Positions 55,137 through 64,000 of a stretch of 64,000 bases of DNA are shown here, piece after piece; positions within the stretch are counted from its first letter, which is position 1, and each line of letters begins with the position of its first letter. The DNA lies in contig CAVRVY010000004.1 in NCBI GenBank assembly GCA_963724765.1, forward strand, positions 576,001-640,000. Direction: 5' to 3'. The notes beneath the pieces are model-generated. The model saw only the letters and a program-made list of their open reading frames with translations. It made no database searches and was not told the origin of the DNA. A program made the translations under genes and the position numbers. The stretch comes from an uncultured delta proteobacterium (GTDB lineage: Bacteria; Desulfobacterota; Binatia; Binatales; Binataceae).

Positions 55137-55951
55137 GCTTCGCGTTGGTTTTGAGTTTCATCGCTTATGCGATTTTCGTGCTTGGAATGCTCGCTTCGGC
55201 ATTATGCGATCCTGAGCAAGACGCCACCCGTACCGGCGGTCAATCCGACAAACCAGAAGCTCCAGCCAAGCAACGCCTAGGTAAGACGATGTCGGATTAT
55301 GAACGCAGAATAGTCTATCTGACCGCGCTCATTGCCTCCGTAACTTGTGGTTATGCGCTCGTCGCTGCATTTCAATGGCGCGCCATGATCGTGAGCAACG
55401 ACACGACCAGGCAAGCTCTTGTAAGTGTTCAGCGCGCGTTCGTATTTCCAGATGTGGCGGGCCCGATTGAAGTGATGTTCGACCCTGGACCAAAAGGTAA
55501 GCTTACTCCTCTCGATTTTTTCCTGCATTGGAAAAACTCCGGTACGACTCCCGCGCGCCATTGCCTTTTAGATGTAAATTCGAAAAACACTGAGCAATTA
55601 CTGCCAGACGATTTTGCCTTTTCTGATTCCAGCGATGTTCCGAAGGCGATTACAATACCACCAATGACAGTAGTCACAGGTGGCGAAATACAGTTAACCC
55701 CTGATACCGTGATGTGGTACATGGCTAATCCCTCCCGCATTCTGTACATTTGGGGCTGGGTAAAATATCGGGACGTTTTTCCGGGCAGTCCGCCGCATTT
55801 AACTGAATATTGCGTTTACTCCTCGGATATTCCTCCAACTCCTGACCCGAAAAGCGGTCAGCTGCCCATAAAATTTAAAATGTGCAAAATTCACGATTGC
55901 AGCGACGACGACTGCCCCGATTATCGGGCTAAGATCGCGGACTACAAATGA
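55133..55951 (+). CDS. Membrane-anchored hypothetical protein
   Basis: Two hydrophobic helices, then QRAFV...KNSGTTPA...WGWVKYRDVF...HLTEYC. Confidence 0.75.
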   Translation: MSFALVLSFIAYAIFVLGMLASALCDPEQDATRTGGQSDKPEAPAKQRLGKTMSDYERRIVYLTALIASVTCGYALVAAFQWRAMIVSNDTTRQALVSVQRAFVFPDVAGPIEVMFDPGPKGKLTPLDFFLHWKNSGTTPARHCLLDVNSKNTEQLLPDDFAFSDSSDVPKAITIPPMTVVTGGEIQLTPDTVMWYMANPSRILYIWGWVKYRDVFPGSPPHLTEYCVYSSDIPPTPDPKSGQLPIKFKMCKIHDCSDDDCPDYRAKIADYK

Positions 55952-56125
55952 CCAAAGAAAGGTAACTATCCCTTCACTGTAGACTTTCGATCCGCTAAAA
56001 TTAGACCCGACAGGCCGGTTTCTAGTTCGGGTTCGTCGGACGGGGGCGACGACCCGCCATTAAAATGCCCGCGCCAAGCGGGATTCATCGCGTGGCCGCT
56101 AGCGGCGCTGTTTACAATCTTCGGT

Positions 56126-56821
56126 TCAATCGGCATTGGATCCAGCTTCAATCCATTCATCAATAAGGAGATCGGACACTGGAACATTTTCGTTCGGCAT
56201 GATCGCCAATGCGCCCAGATAGCCGGACTTTTCGACATGGAAAATTATCGGCGTTTGATGATGGCCTTCGGCGAATTCAAACCCATAATCGATACATCCA
56301 ACAAATGCACCATCAAAGATGTCGGCGCTATTCTTAGGTTTTACGAAGACATCCTGAATGAACGGTTTTTCTTGGCCGGGGAAAAGAGTAGTCCCCAGTG
56401 TGTGCGGGTTGCGTTTTCTTTTTCTCAATGGATCACAGGTCGCTCTCTGCGCAATCAAATAATCAATTTGCTTGCCCATGCCCGTAAAGTAAGGGTCTAT
56501 GTAAATCCAAGTCCCAGCGGCAGGCGAGTGCCCGACATTGGACAATATAAATCTAAAGCTATAACGCGCCCCCCTCTTGTCATGCGTAAGGTCGTCGTTT
56601 GGCAAAATGACCTTGATGTAAACCCAAGGTCTTTGCGACATCTCAAACTGCTTCTGCGATATTGCAACGCTTTGGCTAGTGAGATAGGCGAGCCACGCGG
56701 TGACGCTAGTATAGCCGATTACAACGCAGAGCCCGAACAAACCAAGTATAAAGGTGCCCACTTCAAGGGCGTTGTATTCACGACATTGGGATTTGTTCTT
56801 GGAGTTATTGGACTCTGGCAA
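56126..56821 (-). CDS. Passenger: membrane-anchored hypothetical protein
   Basis: TM helix, QRPWV...SNVGHSPA...GCIDY...HHQT; GGAG before TTG start; motif layout shared with 55133..55951. Confidence 0.72.
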   Translation of the reverse strand: MPESNNSKNKSQCREYNALEVGTFILGLFGLCVVIGYTSVTAWLAYLTSQSVAISQKQFEMSQRPWVYIKVILPNDDLTHDKRGARYSFRFILSNVGHSPAAGTWIYIDPYFTGMGKQIDYLIAQRATCDPLRKRKRNPHTLGTTLFPGQEKPFIQDVFVKPKNSADIFDGAFVGCIDYGFEFAEGHHQTPIIFHVEKSGYLGALAIMPNENVPVSDLLIDEWIEAGSNAD

Positions 56822-56979
56822 GGCATACTCCGTAGAAGAATCGCGATCGGATCTGCGCTAATCGTGGTTAGTACTCTTTTGTGTTTTGTTGGCCCTTTCG
56901 TATTTTTTGGATTGATTTAGTTTGCGGCGTCTAGATGTCAATTGATTGTAAATTTATGATTCACCACGACAGGCCGGAG

Positions 56980-57765
56980 TTAAAACCAGATGAGCCAGTG
57001 GGGGTTTGCAGAGAGAAGTCTCTCGAACTTCCATATCACGCTCTTGACTTCACTGATGATTTGTCGAAGGAGGCCGCGTACCGAGCGTGTGCTGATGTCC
57101 GTCTCAAAAGTTATGTCGAAGAGCAATTTCCCCTTCACTTTCACTTCGGACTGTGGAGTGTTGGCGGGGAACTCCACCTCGGCGACTATTGCGCCATCAT
57201 CAAGGCTGCCGTCATTGAACGTTATGATTCCACGCGTACCCTGAGTCTCGATACTGAACGCACCGCCGCGGTGCATTGTTTGAGTCACGGTGAGCAACTT
57301 ATGTTTGTCTCGGGCATCAAGTTCTTGAAGGAGCCAGAGCAAATTCTTTTTAGGGTCCGGTCCCATATACGGTTGCAACTTTCGGATTTCGACGATTGCG
57401 TCTTCATGGATGCGTTTCAAACGCCATCGTGTACTATCGAAGTCGGCGGCCTTCGCATAGATAGGAAAGGCGGTTCCTCGATCGGCGAGATCGCTACCGG
57501 CAAGCCGCCACGCGAGGTAGTCGAGAGTGGAACGCATATTGTGGACGCAATCACCAATGAGCAAGGCCAACTCAATTTGCGGAATAGATTTACTGATTTT
57601 CAACTTGAACAAATATTTGCTCTGTTCACTGTCGTATTCGTCGACAACGGCGTAGGGTTGCGTTTCGCGGAAGGCCGCTATTTTTGCTGTAAGCGTCTCC
57701 AGATGTATCTCGGCGCGCCCGATTTTATCCCAACATTCGGTTAAATATGATTTTCCAACAGTCAT
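56980..57765 (-). CDS. Passenger: helical hypothetical protein, possibly HEPN-like
   Basis: KIGRAEIHL...IGDCVHNMRSTLDYLAW...FPI...LQELDARDKHKL. Confidence 0.72.
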   Translation of the reverse strand: MTVGKSYLTECWDKIGRAEIHLETLTAKIAAFRETQPYAVVDEYDSEQSKYLFKLKISKSIPQIELALLIGDCVHNMRSTLDYLAWRLAGSDLADRGTAFPIYAKAADFDSTRWRLKRIHEDAIVEIRKLQPYMGPDPKKNLLWLLQELDARDKHKLLTVTQTMHRGGAFSIETQGTRGIITFNDGSLDDGAIVAEVEFPANTPQSEVKVKGKLLFDITFETDISTRSVRGLLRQIISEVKSVIWKFERLLSANPHWLIWF

Positions 57766-57807
57766 GGGATGGTTAGGCCCGACATTCTTTTAAGGGCGTT
57801 CTTATTT

Positions 57808-57948
57808 ATGGCACAGAAAAAGAAACCGACAGTAAAAGATGGCGAGATAGCGATTCCCGTCCCTAAGCGTAGCGACCTAGCGCGCGTGTTGAAGACAGCG
57901 GCGCAACCACTAAGGCCGCGCCGCCCGAAGAAGAAGCGTCCGGAATGA
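57808..57948 (+). CDS. 46-aa basic peptide convergent with the transposase
   Basis: MAQKKKPTVKDGEIAIPVPKRSDLARVLKTAAQPLRPRRPKKKRPE*; below the ORF-track cutoff; overlaps the transposase 3' end. Confidence 0.45.
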   Translation: MAQKKKPTVKDGEIAIPVPKRSDLARVLKTAAQPLRPRRPKKKRPE

Positions 57949-58771
57949 CGATTGACGGTCGTTGCGATGATTATAGCGCCACGCATACTCGCTCAGGTAC
58001 GACTGCAAATGCTTGCTGGAAACCGAATGATAGACGCCGCCGATCCCGCGCTTTACCAGCGACCAAAATCCTTCCAGCGAGTTAACGTGCACGTCGCCCT
58101 CAACATAAACTTTCGCCGCGTGATGGACGCGCTTGTGCTGAAAACCCAGCCCCTTGAGCGGATCGTAAATTCCGGCCTCATCGGTATAGACAGTCGAACG
58201 CGGCAATACCCGCTCGATGACGTGTGGCAGTACCGTTCGCTTGGTAGTATCGGGGACGACACGGGCAACTACCCGTCCGCCACGTTCCATCGCGCCCCAT
58301 ACTGGCTGCTTCCCTACCGCTCCACGACCGGAACCAAACCGCTTATTGGCGTGCTTGTTCTTTTCCTTTCCGCCCATGAAAGTTTCATCGGTTTCGACAG
58401 TTCCAACCAGATCGCGGATATTTTCCTCGAACATCGTGCGTATCTGCTTGAACATCCGCCACGCGGTTTTGTAGGTGACGCCAAGCTCTCGCTCAAGCTG
58501 TTTTGCGGAGATACCGCATCGGGTGCTCGTCATCAGATACATCGCATAGAACCACAGATTGCCGTTGCTGCTTGGTCGCGTATCGCTGGAACGGGCGGAT
58601 AGCAATGCACTTCGGGCAGCCCGCGTGGGTTCCGTCCGGCGAATAGCGGTCGCGCCACAATTGCTGCAAGCAGGCCTCGTCGTCGGGATACTCCGCGATA
58701 AACTCCATAAGGGAGCAGCGTGACTCCGAAGACGCACGGCGCGTAGGAGATTTACGGTCTTTCATCTGCAT
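57910..58771 (-). pseudogene. IS1595-family transposase with frameshift and probable internal deletion near 58557
   Basis: GCPKC zinc-ribbon half, GISAKQLERELGVTYKTAW, VETDETFMGG, VYTDE, HVNSLEGFWSLVKRGI, YHSVSSKHLQSYLSE. The second CxxC expected for the family is missing. Confidence 0.9.
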
Positions 58772-59741
58772 GAATATAGACTATCAAAACCGCGCTCTAC
58801 AGTCAAGGGATAATTACCCAAAGAAAATAGTCGAAGGTTTGAATAGACCAAAAAAAGTGCGCTCGCTTCCCGCTCGCGAACATACTACGGCCCCTCGGTT
58901 CCCTCGGGGCGTGGCTTCGCCAGAGAGTTGGGGGATCCAACTTGGCGCCACGCTCACCCCAGAGAGTTGGCAGAGAAGGTGAGTGGGGATGCTGCCCGGA
59001 GCATCGCTCGCAATCGCGATGTACATTCCACGGGGTTTTTACTGCCCCACGGCCGTTTGCGGAGCCTGTCAGGCTCCTCATAACGCCACGGCCGTCACAG
59101 CGCCATCACGACCCGTTAGTGTCTAAGCAGTAACGGGATTTGATCCGCTCTCGGCTCTGGCCGGATACCGTTCCCCTTCGCGTGGGCTTGTACTTTTGCC
59201 ACCTTGGGGCTTCTCCCGACTGGCTTGTCGGGCGTTTGCGGAAATGACCGGCTCGCCGCAGTGCGGCTATGTCGAAAGTGCGCAGCATGCTTCTTGTGAG
59301 CGTCGCAATCGATCCAGCCGACGCGTACGTCGAAACCTCGCGCCCGAAGGTGCTCCGCGAGTCGGAGCAACGTCTCGCGCTGCTTGCAGGTCATGGCTCG
59401 CTCGCGCGCACGACTCGGCCGCGCAGCTCGGCCGTCGTCGCGCAACGCGCTTCGCTCGCGCTAAGCAAACAGTCGACCCTTCGCCTTCGAGCTCGGGTTA
59501 AGAAGGCGAAGGGCCGACTGTAGGTTGAAGCTGACGAGGCGAGCAGTGCGGGCGCTATCCGCCTGGCTCGGGGCGACCGAGCTCCAGACGCCCCGTCAAA
59601 CTTTCTGCCTTGGTTCTGCCGCAGCGAGCAGGGATCAGCGTGAAAGTGAGTGGAATTGCGGGAATGCGGGCTTGATGAAAACCCACCTTTCAGGCGCGTT
59701 TTCATCCTTCGGGTTCCTCGTCGTTCCCGCTATTCGATGGA

Positions 59742-59761
59742 TTCCGAAGCTGGACGTCGCC
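59742..59761 (+). repeat. Degenerate second att copy of tRNA-Gly
   Basis: TTCCGAAGCTGGACGTCGCC vs tRNA TTCCCAAGCTGGACGTCGCC (19/20). Confidence 0.65.
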
Positions 59762-59952
59762 AGCTCACCGACAAAGTGGTTGATGTCGCCGTCGTTGACC
59801 CTCGCCGATTCGTTCTGCGCGAGCGGATACGGCAGAAGCAACGAGCAACCTACCGTGATTGGTTTCAAGCCCGCCATTTGTCCCTCTCCTCGCCACAGCC
59901 GCCTCAAACGTGGGCCATCACGACCTTTCGTCCGACGTGACAGACGCTCTCG

Positions 59953-60362
59953 CGACAATTCACTCAGGACGTTGGACAACGCGGTTGAAATTGCACGTCA
60001 CTTCGGCGCGGCGGTGGCTTTGGTACATGCGGTCCCGCTCATGGTGCAATTCGGAGACGTTCCGATACCCATTGACCTCTATGAGGAACAGAAAAAAGCG
60101 GCCAAGGCCAAGTTGGGCGAGATCGCAGGACAGAAGCTTGGCGGCGTCGAGCACGAATCCGTCGTGTACACAGGCGACGCAGTCGGCAGCATCTTGCAGT
60201 CGAGAAATTTAAGCCCGACTTGCAGGTGATGGCACCCATGGTCGCAGTGGACTGGCGCACTTCTTTCTCGGCAGTGTGGCCGAGGGGATAGTGCGCAAGG
60301 CGAGCTGTCCAGTCCTCACCATTCGAAGCGAAGCGCCAGTGGGGCACGCTAACAGAAACTAG
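59953..60362 (+). pseudogene. Universal stress protein, 5'-truncated and frameshifted
   Basis: AVEIARHFGAAVALVHAV...GDAVGSIL / [30 protein letters not shown]. Confidence 0.82.
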
Positions 60363-60387
60363 TTATTTGTAGGGGAGGGGGCCGGCG

Positions 60388-61140
60388 CTACACAGCGGTG
60401 TAGCCGCCGTCGACGACGAACTCGGCGCCTGTCACGAAGGACGCTTCGTCGGAAGCGAGAAACAGTACAACCCACGCGACCTCCTCCGGGGTACCCGCGC
60501 GCTTCATCGGCGCGAGCGACGAGATCGAATCGATTTGATCCTGCGTAAGAATATCGATCATCGGCGTCTTGATGACGCCTGGATGGACCGAGTTGACGCG
60601 GATGCCGTCCGCCGCGTAGTGCACGGCGCCGACTTTACTTAGAATTCTCACCGCGCCCTTGGTGCCGTGATACGCGGCAGCACCGGCCGAGCCGATTATT
60701 CCGTAGATGGAAGAGATGTTCACGATCGAACCGGCGCGGCGCTTACGCATTGCGGGAACCGCGGTCTTCATCCCCAGCCATACTCCCTTCTGGTTCACCG
60801 CTACCACACTGTCCCATTCCTCTTCGCTGGTGTCTTCGATTCGCTTGAAATTCAGAATGCCCGCGTTGTTCACGAGGATATCGAGGCCGCCGAACTCCCG
60901 CTCGCAGGTGTCGACGGCGTTGCGCCAATCAGCAGCGCGGGTAACGTCGAGGTGGATTGCCAGCGCGAGGCGTGAACCGGACTTGCGGTTGATCTCTTCC
61001 GCCAGTGCGCGGGTTTCAGTATCGAGCACGTCGGCGATGACGACCTTCGCGCCTTCATTGGCGAAGAGTATCGACTCGGCTGCGCCCTGCCCCCGCGCAG
61101 CGCCGGAAATGATTGCAATCTTTCCCTTGAGTCGGTCCAT
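60388..61140 (-). CDS. SDR family oxidoreductase
   Basis: SGAARGQG, LVNNAG, NISS, YHGTK, VNSVHPG, VVDGG. Confidence 0.94.
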   Translation of the reverse strand: MDRLKGKIAIISGAARGQGAAESILFANEGAKVVIADVLDTETRALAEEINRKSGSRLALAIHLDVTRAADWRNAVDTCEREFGGLDILVNNAGILNFKRIEDTSEEEWDSVVAVNQKGVWLGMKTAVPAMRKRRAGSIVNISSIYGIIGSAGAAAYHGTKGAVRILSKVGAVHYAADGIRVNSVHPGVIKTPMIDILTQDQIDSISSLAPMKRAGTPEEVAWVVLFLASDEASFVTGAEFVVDGGYTAV

Positions 61141-61351
61141 AAAGTTTGCTGCCTCCTGTGTAACGGCTGCTGCGATCTGGTCCTCGATACAGGCGATCGG
61201 AAAAGAAATCCGGCGTGCGGTCAGGGTGCGCTTACGCAGCGCTTCGCGTTGCACATGATATCAGATGGGTTTTTAAATTCATGGGATTATGGCGCAAGAT
61301 CAGAAATAGCGTGAAGGGTCATCGGTTCGATGCTCCCAATCTCCTTTCATC

Positions 61352-61825
61352 CTAAGCAGCCGGGTGTAAGCGCACGCGTCCATGGTGAATCGCCAAGTGC
61401 ACCTCCAGCACCAGATTTCGCAGCTTGTCATTCACTCCACCGCGAAGCGTCCGAACGGCTTCGCAGGCTAGATCATCGAGCGAGAGCAGCCCGACCAGTG
61501 TTCCGCCTGAGCCGATTACAGGAAGCCGACGCGTGCGGTTCTGCTGCATCAGCTGCGCCGCGGAATCCAGATCATCCTCAGCTGTGCAGGACACGACCTT
61601 CCGGGCCATGGCTACCTCAACTCGCAACTCCTCCAGCGGCTTGCCTTGGGTATAGGCGGCCATACAGATGTCCCGGTCGGTCAGAAAGCCAACAGGTCTG
61701 CGCTGGTCATCCAGCACCGGAACAGCCCCGCAAGGCTCCTCCCACATTATTTGCGCTGCCTTATTAAGCGAATCTTGCGGACGGCAGGTTTTGACGTCAC
61801 GGTTCATGATCTGCCCAACTTTCAT
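61352..61825 (-). CDS. CBS-domain pair protein
   Basis: MKVGQIM...CGAVPV...GFLTDRDIC...RRLPV...GLLSLDDL. Confidence 0.9.
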   Translation of the reverse strand: MKVGQIMNRDVKTCRPQDSLNKAAQIMWEEPCGAVPVLDDQRRPVGFLTDRDICMAAYTQGKPLEELRVEVAMARKVVSCTAEDDLDSAAQLMQQNRTRRLPVIGSGGTLVGLLSLDDLACEAVRTLRGGVNDKLRNLVLEVHLAIHHGRVRLHPAA

Positions 61826-62266
61826 CGCCGTCTCTCCGTAAAAAGGCAAACTAACCCCGCACCGGCTTGAGTGTCTGTCTGACTCGAGCCGTACAGCAGA
61901 TCAGACGACGACGCGTTGACAATGACACCTGAGCGCCGCTCGCACCTGCTCTTTGTCCGTGGCTCACTTATGGCATTCAGGAGATCGGCGGTAAACCGAT
62001 CCAGAATCCAAAAATGTCGGCCGGTCTTCAGCTGACTCGAAAGTACAGAGGTCTATGGCCCCGGCATATGTCTCCAATGGAACCAAAGACTGGTCCATCG
62101 GACGCACTTTATGAGGCGCAACGAGGCGCTTACCCGATATCAACCGCAATTCGGACACCCAAAACTTCGCGAAAAGCTCATTTCTCGGTCCGCTGACGAC
62201 GGCATGGTCGTTGCTGTATTCGCGACCAGAGACTTCCTCAAATCTTGGTAGAAAAAGTAAAAGAAA

Positions 62267-63151
62267 ATGGACAGACAGAATAACCTGAGTCGCACCGATT
62301 TCAATTTGTTGAATCGGTTGGAACCCTTGTCGTTTCTTTCAGCCGTCGGATTGCTCGAGCTTGCGAGCGGCCTCAATTCGGCAAACTTTAAAAGGCGCGA
62401 GGTTATCCTTCCTGAAGAGGCGCTGGCTGCGGGTGTCCATATCCTGCTAAGGGGCGTGGCGAAGATCACTTGCGTGAACCGGTTTGGTCGCCGGGTAACC
62501 GCAGCTTTACTTGCACCTGGTCCAATCCCCGAGTTTCTTTCGCTCCCAGTCAGCAGGTGGCATTTTCGCTGCGAGGCTCATAGCGATTGCAGAGTCGGAA
62601 GTCTGAGCTGGGACCAATTCGACGTCATTACCAGGGCGGCGCCCCGATCTGCTTTAAGAAAATTTCACGAAAACAATCTGATGCAATGGTATCGGTTCTT
62701 CGAAGGGGGCCTCAGTTTCCTCCTGGGCCTCGACGTTCGCGAGCGTCTCGTGCTTGCGCTTCTTCAACTATGTTCGAGCTTCGGAGCCATAGAGTCACGT
62801 GGCACCCTTTTGCGAGTCTCGCTCAGCCACCAGGACCTGGCCGATCTGGTGGGTGCCTCGCGACCCCGAGTCACCGAACATTTAGCTGAGTTAGAGCGCG
62901 AGCATCTGCTTATTCGTCAAGGTCGGCAATTGATTGTGCGCGTGGACAGGATCGAAAATTCAACAAGCGTTCCGCCCCCCAACACGAGTGACTCATTCGC
63001 AAAAGCTGGCGCACAACCGCAATTTCCGAAAGAAGGCCAACTCTGTGGTCCACGTTCGTTCGCAGCGATGGCCTCTGTGAAGGCGCTGATACGTGAACCA
63101 TCCGCCAGTCGAGTATCTCGTTATATAAATAACTCTATCGCTATGGCCTGA
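62267..63151 (+). CDS. Crp/Fnr family transcriptional regulator
   Basis: ILLRGVAKI...LLAPG; RERL; LSHQDLADLVGASRPRVTEHL HTH. Confidence 0.9.
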   Translation: MDRQNNLSRTDFNLLNRLEPLSFLSAVGLLELASGLNSANFKRREVILPEEALAAGVHILLRGVAKITCVNRFGRRVTAALLAPGPIPEFLSLPVSRWHFRCEAHSDCRVGSLSWDQFDVITRAAPRSALRKFHENNLMQWYRFFEGGLSFLLGLDVRERLVLALLQLCSSFGAIESRGTLLRVSLSHQDLADLVGASRPRVTEHLAELEREHLLIRQGRQLIVRVDRIENSTSVPPPNTSDSFAKAGAQPQFPKEGQLCGPRSFAAMASVKALIREPSASRVSRYINNSIAMA

Positions 63152-63221
63152 GCTGATCTTTCATTTCTGGAACAGAATCCTGATTTACTACTGGTGAAAA
63201 TAACTGGTATGGAGGTGTCTT

Positions 63222-63398
63222 ATGTTGCTTTTGATTATTCTGCTGATCCTGCTTTTCGGTGGTGGCGGTGGCTATTACGGATATCGCAGCGGCTACTATG
63301 GCGGAGGTGGGATGAGCCTGCTGACTATCGTGCTGATCGTCTTGCTGATCTGGCTGGTGATGGGTGGCGGGTTCGGACATGGAGTTATTGTCCATTGA
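63222..63398 (+). CDS. Small Gly-rich membrane protein (DUF3309-like)
   Basis: MLLLIILLILLFGGGGGYYGYRSGYYGGGGMSLLTIVLIVLLIWLV...; GGAGG RBS; 58 aa, absent from track. Confidence 0.75.
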   Translation: MLLLIILLILLFGGGGGYYGYRSGYYGGGGMSLLTIVLIVLLIWLVMGGGFGHGVIVH

Positions 63399-63424
63399 CC
63401 GCTTCGCGGTCATGGAGAACAATC

Positions 63425-64000
63425 ATGCACCGACCATCATGGATGTGGATTAGGTACATTGTCCTGGCTGTGGTACTGGGCGCTGCGCTGGCCGGGCCGG
63501 CCGGGGCGGCAGTCCCGGACGCCTGGATCACCACCAAAATTAAGCTGGCGCTGTTGACCACGGAAGGCGTGAGCGGGACGGCGATTAAGGTCGACACCCT
63601 CGTCGGCCGGGTCACTCTGTACGGCAAGGTGCACTCCGCTCAGGAGAAGGCGAAGGCCGAAACCATCGCTCGGAAAGTCGACGGCGTTCAAGGCGTACGC
63701 AACCTGCTGCAGGTGGTCGCCCCACAGCATGAGAAGGCGATGCAGGTGTCTGATGACGACCTCAAGCAGCGAATCGAACAGGCGTTAGAGGCCGATCCTT
63801 CACTCAAGAGCAGCAATATCGCGGTGGAGTCCGTGAATCAGGGCGTGGTGCTTTTAGGCGGCACGGCAAAGACCTTGAGCGCTCACCTGCGCGCCGTCGA
63901 GGTTGCGGCCGCTGTGCCGGGCGTCCGCCGGGTCGCCAGTGAGATCCAGAGTCCCGACACTCTGGCCGATGCGGAGATCTGGCGCGAACCCACGCCGCGC
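63425..64000 (+). CDS. BON-domain (OsmY-like) protein (runs off window edge)
   Basis: Manual translation: signal peptide, DAWITTKIKLALL...VDT..GRVTLYG...VDGVQGVRNLL, second BON repeat. Confidence 0.9.
   Translation, partial: MHRPSWMWIRYIVLAVVLGAALAGPAGAAVPDAWITTKIKLALLTTEGVSGTAIKVDTLVGRVTLYGKVHSAQEKAKAETIARKVDGVQGVRNLLQVVAPQHEKAMQVSDDDLKQRIEQALEADPSLKSSNIAVESVNQGVVLLGGTAKTLSAHLRAVEVAAAVPGVRRVASEIQSPDTLADAEIWREPTPR

Larger units (their letters stand above)
55961..58818 (-). mobile_element. IS1595-family transporter IS with passenger genes
   Basis: TIRs 55961-55983 and 58796-58818 (21/23 match); 8-bp TSD CAAAGAAA at 55953-55960 and 58819-58826; IS1595 transposase inside. Confidence 0.92.

Overview
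High-GC bacterial chromosome segment; the gene content resembles Binatota/deltaproteobacteria-like genomes (inference). Three zones. (1) 1-6610: accessory DNA at the 3' side of tRNA-Arg(ACG), with a class III cyclase, two near-identical IS5-family copies in CTAG sites, a small HNH nuclease and a DUF2321-like protein. (2) 6611-45329: intact core genes: phoR-phoB-phoU-pstBAC (no pstS), serS, yraN, gatCAB, an acyl-CoA catabolic cluster, eno-gpmI, an orphan NorD/CbbO-type VWA protein, an M16 peptidase pair, DUF1326-DUF2182-DUF488, an operon from a deoxyhypusine-synthase-like gene to a HIT gene, and DUF882. (3) 45255-64000: a tRNA-Gly(CCC) integration hotspot. It holds a 9.6-kb integrase/DUF3987 satellite-like element (48-bp att repeats, arm-type repeats, palindromic origin candidate, defence-like cargo) and a second eroded segment ending in a degenerate att. 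That segment contains a 2.86-kb IS1595-family transporter element (23-bp TIRs, 8-bp TSD). A stress-response cluster (USP, SDR, CBS, Crp/Fnr, BON) follows. The most unusual signal is that the IS1595 element is tiled with long in-register ORFs on both strands, unlike a similar gene just outside it. Family calls come from motif recognition only; no searches were run.
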